Made by a program: the position numbers and the translations under genes
In this document: positions 59,191 to 64,000 of the stretch, in pieces
How the letters are laid out: the number at the start of each line of letters is the position of its first letter
Numbering within the stretch: the stretch's first letter is position 1
The notes under the pieces: generated by a model
Seen by the model: the letters and a program-made list of their open reading frames with translations, nothing else
Told to the model about the DNA's origin: nothing
The model's database searches: none
Assembly (NCBI GenBank): GCA_963755125.1
Contig: CAVWIP010000015.1
Span: forward strand, 160,001 to 224,000
Reading direction: 5' to 3'
DNA: 64,000 nt
DNA from: an uncultured delta proteobacterium
GTDB taxonomy: Bacteria > Myxococcota_A > Polyangia > Fen-1088

Positions 59191-59886
59191 CTACGCCGCG
59201 TGGAAGGCGCTGGGACAGTGGGGCGCCAGGGGACAGCGGTCGCAATCGGGCCGGCGCGCGAAACAGCAACGGCGGCCGTGCCAGATCATCTGGTGAGCAA
59301 ACTGGATCCAGCGTTCGCGCGGAATGAGTGCCATCAGATCCTGCTCGATCTTTTCCGGCGTGGACGAGCGTGTGAGCGCAAGGCGCTGAGCCAGGCGTTG
59401 AACGTGCGTGTCCACCACGACACCTTCAGCCAAGCCGAACGCGGTGCCCAGCACCACGTTGGCAGTCTTGCGGGCCACGCCGGGCAGCTCGCACAGTTCG
59501 TCCATGGTGCGCGGCACCTGGCCGCCGTGGCGTTCCACGATGGCGCGCGAGGCGCCGATGAGATTCTTGGCTTTGTTGCGGAAGAAGCCGGTGGAGTGAA
59601 TGAGTTCCTCCAGAACCGGAACAGGCGCCATGGCCATGGCGGCAGGCGTGGGGAACTGCGCGAAGAGCAAAGGAGTAACCTGATTCACGCGCTCGTCAGT
59701 GCACTGGGCGGAGAGGATGGTCGCGCACAAGAGCTGGAAGGGGTCGTCCCGGTGCAGCTCGCAGTCAGCCTCGGGATAGGTGCGATCGAGGCCGCGCCGG
59801 ATGGCCTCCACGCGCTTGCGTTCGGGCGGCCACAGGGGGCGTGGAGAGCGTGCAGTCGTGTTGCTGCCGGGCTTGGACCGGGCCAT
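59191..59886 (-). CDS. nth: Endonuclease III
   Basis: LSAQCTD.RVN, LPGVARKTANVV, VDTHV, C-x6-C-x2-C-x5-C. Confidence 0.97.
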   Translation of the reverse strand: MARSKPGSNTTARSPRPLWPPERKRVEAIRRGLDRTYPEADCELHRDDPFQLLCATILSAQCTDERVNQVTPLLFAQFPTPAAMAMAPVPVLEELIHSTGFFRNKAKNLIGASRAIVERHGGQVPRTMDELCELPGVARKTANVVLGTAFGLAEGVVVDTHVQRLAQRLALTRSSTPEKIEQDLMALIPRERWIQFAHQMIWHGRRCCFARRPDCDRCPLAPHCPSAFHAA

Positions 59887-59971
59887 ACAGAATTTCTAGC
59901 ACGATCTGCGGAGGCGCAGAGCAGAGACGCAGCTTGCGCACTTTCGGTGAACGGGCTCTAATCCGCCGGGC

Positions 59972-60322
59972 ATGGACGAAACCCCGGAGGAACTCGATCA
60001 GATCCGCCGCGAGGCCGCCGAGATCGATCCCTATCGATACCGCCGGCACAGGCGATGGCTTATCACCGTGTTGGTCTTTGCGGCCGGGGCGGGCGTGTGC
60101 TGGCTGGCCATCACGATGGCCTCGGCCGGGCGCAATCCCTGCGAGCGTGTGCGCGACCACTACTGCCGCCACGCCGTGGACCGTGCCAAGTGCGCCAGCT
60201 ACGAGAGCATCTTCAACGAATCCAGGCTGGACCAAAGTCCCGCGATGCGCAGCATGATCCGGGACCAGTGCCTCACCAAGATCAACCGGCTGAAGCAAGA
60301 GGACGGCATCACCGTCCGCTGA
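59972..60322 (+). CDS. Small single-TM Cys-containing hypothetical protein
   Basis: TM segment plus four Cys; host-like codon usage. Confidence 0.7.
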   Translation: MDETPEELDQIRREAAEIDPYRYRRHRRWLITVLVFAAGAGVCWLAITMASAGRNPCERVRDHYCRHAVDRAKCASYESIFNESRLDQSPAMRSMIRDQCLTKINRLKQEDGITVR

Positions 60323-60324
60323 AT

Positions 60325-60702
60325 CTACACCGAGAACGAGCTGCCGCAGCCGCAGGTAGACTTCACGTTCGGGTTGCTGAACTTGAAGCCAGAGCCTTGC
60401 AGACTCTCCACGTAGTCGATCTCGGTTCCCATCAGATACATCAGGCTCATCTGATCGCACAGCATCTTCACGCCATTCGACTCGAAAGCCTGGTCGATGT
60501 CTTGCGGCTGGTCAAAGTAGAGATCGTAGGCGAACCCCGAGCAGCCACCGCCCAGCACTTTGAGTCGCAACGCATAGCCATCCTGGATCTTTTCTTCGAC
60601 CCGGATCTCCCTGACCTTGTCCGCGGCTCGCGCGGTCAGGGTGACCGGCGTTGCCGGCGCTTCACCCAATGCTTCGTCGGTCTTGTTGGCGGCAGCAGGC
60701 AT
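60325..60702 (-). CDS. erpA: Fe-S insertion protein (ErpA/IscA/HesB)
   Basis: GGGCSGF.Y...NPN..STCGCGSSF. Confidence 0.93.
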   Translation of the reverse strand: MPAAANKTDEALGEAPATPVTLTARAADKVREIRVEEKIQDGYALRLKVLGGGCSGFAYDLYFDQPQDIDQAFESNGVKMLCDQMSLMYLMGTEIDYVESLQGSGFKFSNPNVKSTCGCGSSFSV

Positions 60703-60777
60703 GCAACAACTCCTCTCGTGGCAAGCTTAACTCTTCTGTTTGATGCCGGCCACCCCGTCTGGGTTACAGGCTTGGGC

Positions 60778-62388
60778 TCAGAACGGCTTCGTGGACTCGC
60801 CCTGCCAGCCGGGCGAACGCAGGCCGGTGACATTCCACACGCGCAGGGCCTCGGCTTTGCCCTTTACCCGCACCGGCGGCAACGCAATCGCGGACACCGA
60901 ACCCCCGACCTTGCCATAGGTGCCCTCCGACACTAGCACCTCGCCTGCCTTGGCCAGGCTGCACAGGCGCGATGCCGTGTTCACGGCGTCGCCGATCGCC
61001 GTGTACTGAAGCGCGCGCGAACTGCCGATGGCGCCGGTCACCACCGTGCCGGTGTTGATGCCGATGCCGATCCTGATCTGCTCCTGGCCTTCGGCCGCGC
61101 GGGTGCGGTTGAACTCCGACAGCACTTGCATCATGTCGAGCGCGCACTCGACCGCTTTCTTCTCAGCGCTGGGGATGGCCACCGGCGCTCCGAACAGGGC
61201 GATGATCTCGTCGCCCACGAACTTGTCCAGGGTTCCCTCGTGCTTGAACACCACGTCCACCATCAGCTCGAAGTACTCGTTGAGCATACGCACGATTTCC
61301 GGCGGCTCGCGTTTTTCGCTCATGGCGGTGAAGCCACGGATGTCCGAGAACAACAGCGTCACTTCCGACAGGGCGCCGCCCTTTTCCAGTTGCAGCTTGC
61401 CGGCCACCACTTGTTCGACCAGGTTGGGCGAGAGCAAACGCTGGAACTGGGCGCGCGTCTTCGCCTCCTGCTCGATCTTGCGCGCCAGCATGGAGTTGTG
61501 GATGGCGGCGGCGGCCTGATTGCCCACGCCGGCGAAGATCTGCAGATCCTTCTCACCGAAGGCGTTGGTCGCCACCATGGAATCCAGGTGCATGATGCCC
61601 AGCAGCTCGTCGTGGTGGATGAGCGGCACGGTCATGGTGGAGCGGATGCCCTGCATGATGATGGAACGCGCGCCTTGAAACCGGCTGTCCATGCTGGCGT
61701 CCGAGGACAGCACGGCCGCTTTCTGCTGGACCACCTCGTTCAGGATGGACCGGGAAAGAACGATCTGCTCGGTGCGCCCATCCCGCGCTTTGGCGACGCG
61801 GGGCTGGGGAACGCCGTCTTCCATCAGCAGGATGACCCCGCGATCGGCCGGGATCAGATCGAACGCCTTCATGATGATCTTCTCGAGCAAGAGGTCGATG
61901 TCGACCTCGAGCCCGATGGAGCGACCCAGTTCGTAGGCCAGGCGCAGCTTCTCGTAGTCGCGGCGCAAGGTTTCGGGATCGGAGATCTGGCGCTCGGGCA
62001 GGAACTCGGCGGCGCTCGCAGCCCGGACCTTCTGGTGAATCAGGGCATCGGCGCTCGCGGCCTGCTGGATGCTTACCCGCTGCGCCGCCTGCGAGGCTTG
62101 GCTGGACTGTTCCTGGAAAATGAGTTGCGTCCCACCGAGTACGATCTCATCGCCTTCGACGAGGATGCGCTCACCGACGCGCTCGTTTTTGAAGAACGAG
62201 CCGTTCAGACTGCCGAGGTCGCGGTAGAGGAAATGCCCATCAGGCTGGCGGATGACCTGCGCATGTTCCTTGGAAACGATGCGGTCGAGGATCTGGATGA
62301 TGTTGTGGGGATGGCGCCCGATGGTGGTCATCGCGCCCAACTCGTACTCGCGCCGCGCGCTGCTTCCTTGAACGATTAACTTTGCCAT
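60778..62388 (-). CDS. FHA-GAF-class III adenylate cyclase
   Basis: FHA (IGR, SKEHA, DLGSLNG), GAF, LFSDIRGF, DKFVGD, YTAIGDAVNTASRL. Confidence 0.93.
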   Translation of the reverse strand: MAKLIVQGSSARREYELGAMTTIGRHPHNIIQILDRIVSKEHAQVIRQPDGHFLYRDLGSLNGSFFKNERVGERILVEGDEIVLGGTQLIFQEQSSQASQAAQRVSIQQAASADALIHQKVRAASAAEFLPERQISDPETLRRDYEKLRLAYELGRSIGLEVDIDLLLEKIIMKAFDLIPADRGVILLMEDGVPQPRVAKARDGRTEQIVLSRSILNEVVQQKAAVLSSDASMDSRFQGARSIIMQGIRSTMTVPLIHHDELLGIMHLDSMVATNAFGEKDLQIFAGVGNQAAAAIHNSMLARKIEQEAKTRAQFQRLLSPNLVEQVVAGKLQLEKGGALSEVTLLFSDIRGFTAMSEKREPPEIVRMLNEYFELMVDVVFKHEGTLDKFVGDEIIALFGAPVAIPSAEKKAVECALDMMQVLSEFNRTRAAEGQEQIRIGIGINTGTVVTGAIGSSRALQYTAIGDAVNTASRLCSLAKAGEVLVSEGTYGKVGGSVSAIALPPVRVKGKAEALRVWNVTGLRSPGWQGESTKPF

Positions 62389-62420
62389 GCGCTGCCTTGA
62401 AAGTGGACGATTGTATCACG

Positions 62421-62831
62421 TCACCACTTGATGCGGGCAGCGTCGGTAGACGCCCGCGGTGAGAGATGGAATTCGTAGGTCTTGTCGATGAACGGGAAGA
62501 AGGCCGTGGCGACAAAGTGCGCTTCGATGGCTACCTCTTCCTTGCTGCGCGAGAAGACGACCTCCACTTTGGGATCCTTCACGCCCGCCTTGCGCAATTC
62601 CGCGGGAACCGACTTCTTGAGATCCCTGAGCATGGCCGAAGCCGTACCTTCGGGGCGCAGGTTGGCACGGTAGAGCATGGGGAGCGCATCCAGCAGCACG
62701 CCCTTGGCACGCGAAGAAAGCGAGTAGACCGGCCAGGTGCAGTAGATCACGTATCCCACGAGGCCGAGCAGCAACAGCATCGCTATGGAAATCGCGTTGA
62801 TCGCCCGGGGCTTCTTGTATTTTGTCGCCAT
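62421..62831 (-). CDS. Single-TM hypothetical protein
   Basis: MATKYKK start after GAGG; N-terminal TM. Confidence 0.7.
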   Translation of the reverse strand: MATKYKKPRAINAISIAMLLLLGLVGYVIYCTWPVYSLSSRAKGVLLDALPMLYRANLRPEGTASAMLRDLKKSVPAELRKAGVKDPKVEVVFSRSKEEVAIEAHFVATAFFPFIDKTYEFHLSPRASTDAARIKW

Positions 62832-62844
62832 GGTGCAGGCCTCG

Positions 62845-63768
62845 CTAAGCCGTTGAAGCAGGTTGCCGTAGGTTGCGGGCGAGCTGGTTGCGCATACAGA
62901 AGAGCCCAATTCCGACCTGGACGGCAAGGGCAACGGCTTGGCTGCCCAAGCTGGCCATCTCGATGAGTTTCTTGGCGTCGTCGGGCGTGTGGTTGGGCAC
63001 GTACTTGAAGAAGAAGTAGGCCATGGTGAGCTGGTTGATGCCCAGCCCCATGACGGAGATGGGGAGCACGGCGATGAAGTAGATGATGGGCAGGTACAGG
63101 ATCGCCTGTGACAGCGGCAACCGGACACCAAATGCGTGCAGCGATACGTAGGTGAACACCATCAGCACGCTGAGGTGAGGGATTCGCACCAAGAGTGCCC
63201 GAAGATGTCCGGACACGCCTGCGGCGAACAGAACGTCGAACACGGGGCGCGACGTCAGCCAGCGCGGCCTGAGCATCAGCAGGCAGGAATAGACGGCGAG
63301 CGCGCCATATGCGCCGAACATGATTTCGCGCAGGACAGGTGGCAAGTCCGGGGCGACCAGCAGCCCGATGGACGCGAAAACCAGCAGCAGGAGAATGTTG
63401 ATCCCCATGACCAGCAGCACGGCCGCCGTCCCGCGCAGCAGGGGAACCCCGCGCGACCGGTTCACGAAGTAGACGATGGCCCCCTGGCCCACCGTGTAGT
63501 TGACCAGAGCGAGAAGGTAGGTGGCCCCGCGCACTACGAGAACCTCACGAAAAGAGAGCCGCGTCACGAACCAGCCGAATGTCTTCCAGATGGCGAAGGA
63601 ATCGCCCAGATAGATGCACAGCACCAGCAACGCGAGCACGGGGACGGTCCAGGGCGCGGCCGCCCCCAGCGCCGCCTTCATCTGCGCGAACGACATGCCG
63701 TGAAGAACGTAGAAGAGGAGACCGAGCGTGACGGCCCATGGCAAAATTCGGCCGAGCTTCTTTCGCAT
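62845..63768 (-). CDS. Lysylphosphatidylglycerol synthase TM / flippase-like protein
   Basis: Multi-TM; LPISVMGLG motif. Confidence 0.8.
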   Translation of the reverse strand: MRKKLGRILPWAVTLGLLFYVLHGMSFAQMKAALGAAAPWTVPVLALLVLCIYLGDSFAIWKTFGWFVTRLSFREVLVVRGATYLLALVNYTVGQGAIVYFVNRSRGVPLLRGTAAVLLVMGINILLLLVFASIGLLVAPDLPPVLREIMFGAYGALAVYSCLLMLRPRWLTSRPVFDVLFAAGVSGHLRALLVRIPHLSVLMVFTYVSLHAFGVRLPLSQAILYLPIIYFIAVLPISVMGLGINQLTMAYFFFKYVPNHTPDDAKKLIEMASLGSQAVALAVQVGIGLFCMRNQLARNLRQPASTA

Positions 63769-63866
63769 GTCTCGTGACTATCGCACGAATTGTCGTCGCT
63801 GGCTCGGTCGCGCGCGTCCTGTCTTGTGTATTTGACGCCGGGAAGCGAAACTGAAGCGAAGCACTC

Positions 63867-64000
63867 ATGACGGTCGCGGGATCTCCCCCTGTTTCTCCAG
63901 CCGGTGACAGTACGGATGGCCGTTCGTCTTCGGCCGTGGAGTCCCTGCCGCTGGCAGTCTACTTGCTGGTCGAACCGACGGTGTCGGGCAAGAAAGTCCT
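63867..64000 (+). CDS. 5' part of a gene running off the window
   Basis: ATG at 63867, frame open to the window end. Confidence 0.45.
   Translation, partial: MTVAGSPPVSPAGDSTDGRSSSAVESLPLAVYLLVEPTVSGKKV

Overview
High-GC chromosomal window whose gene repertoire (TPR/kelch lipoproteins, ActD-like/caspase operon, Ser/Thr kinase, FHA-GAF cyclase) suggests Myxococcota; this taxonomic call is inference. The housekeeping backbone (crp/fnr, alr-mlaEFD, yceD-rpmF-plsX-fabG-acpP-fabF, pepP, clpSA, DAHP synthase, ECF sigma/anti-sigma/caspase operon, tolQRAB-ppx, TPP riboswitch-thiC, nth, erpA, adenylate cyclase) is interrupted by two related capsid-less, satellite-like integrative elements. Each has a Prim-Pol/AAA helicase, a TerS-like gene, an RHH regulator, an excisionase and a tyrosine integrase. 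Element 1 (left end outside the window) abuts the 5' side of an intact tRNA-Arg(ACG). Element 2 (35137-45460, complete) sits in tRNA-Leu(CAA), has 54-bp att repeats with a compensatory T-stem change, and carries a TPR + kelch-lipoprotein cargo. Also present: an IS10-like IS4 element with a 9-bp TSD and a nonsense-interrupted transposase, a 165-bp palindromic MITE, and a decayed DNA methyltransferase. The most unusual signals are a palindromic repeat read in the same frame at the N-termini of two unrelated genes (fabG and a DHH phosphoesterase) and a non-coding block with crossing inverted repeats in element 1. All product calls come from motif recognition by eye; no database search was run.
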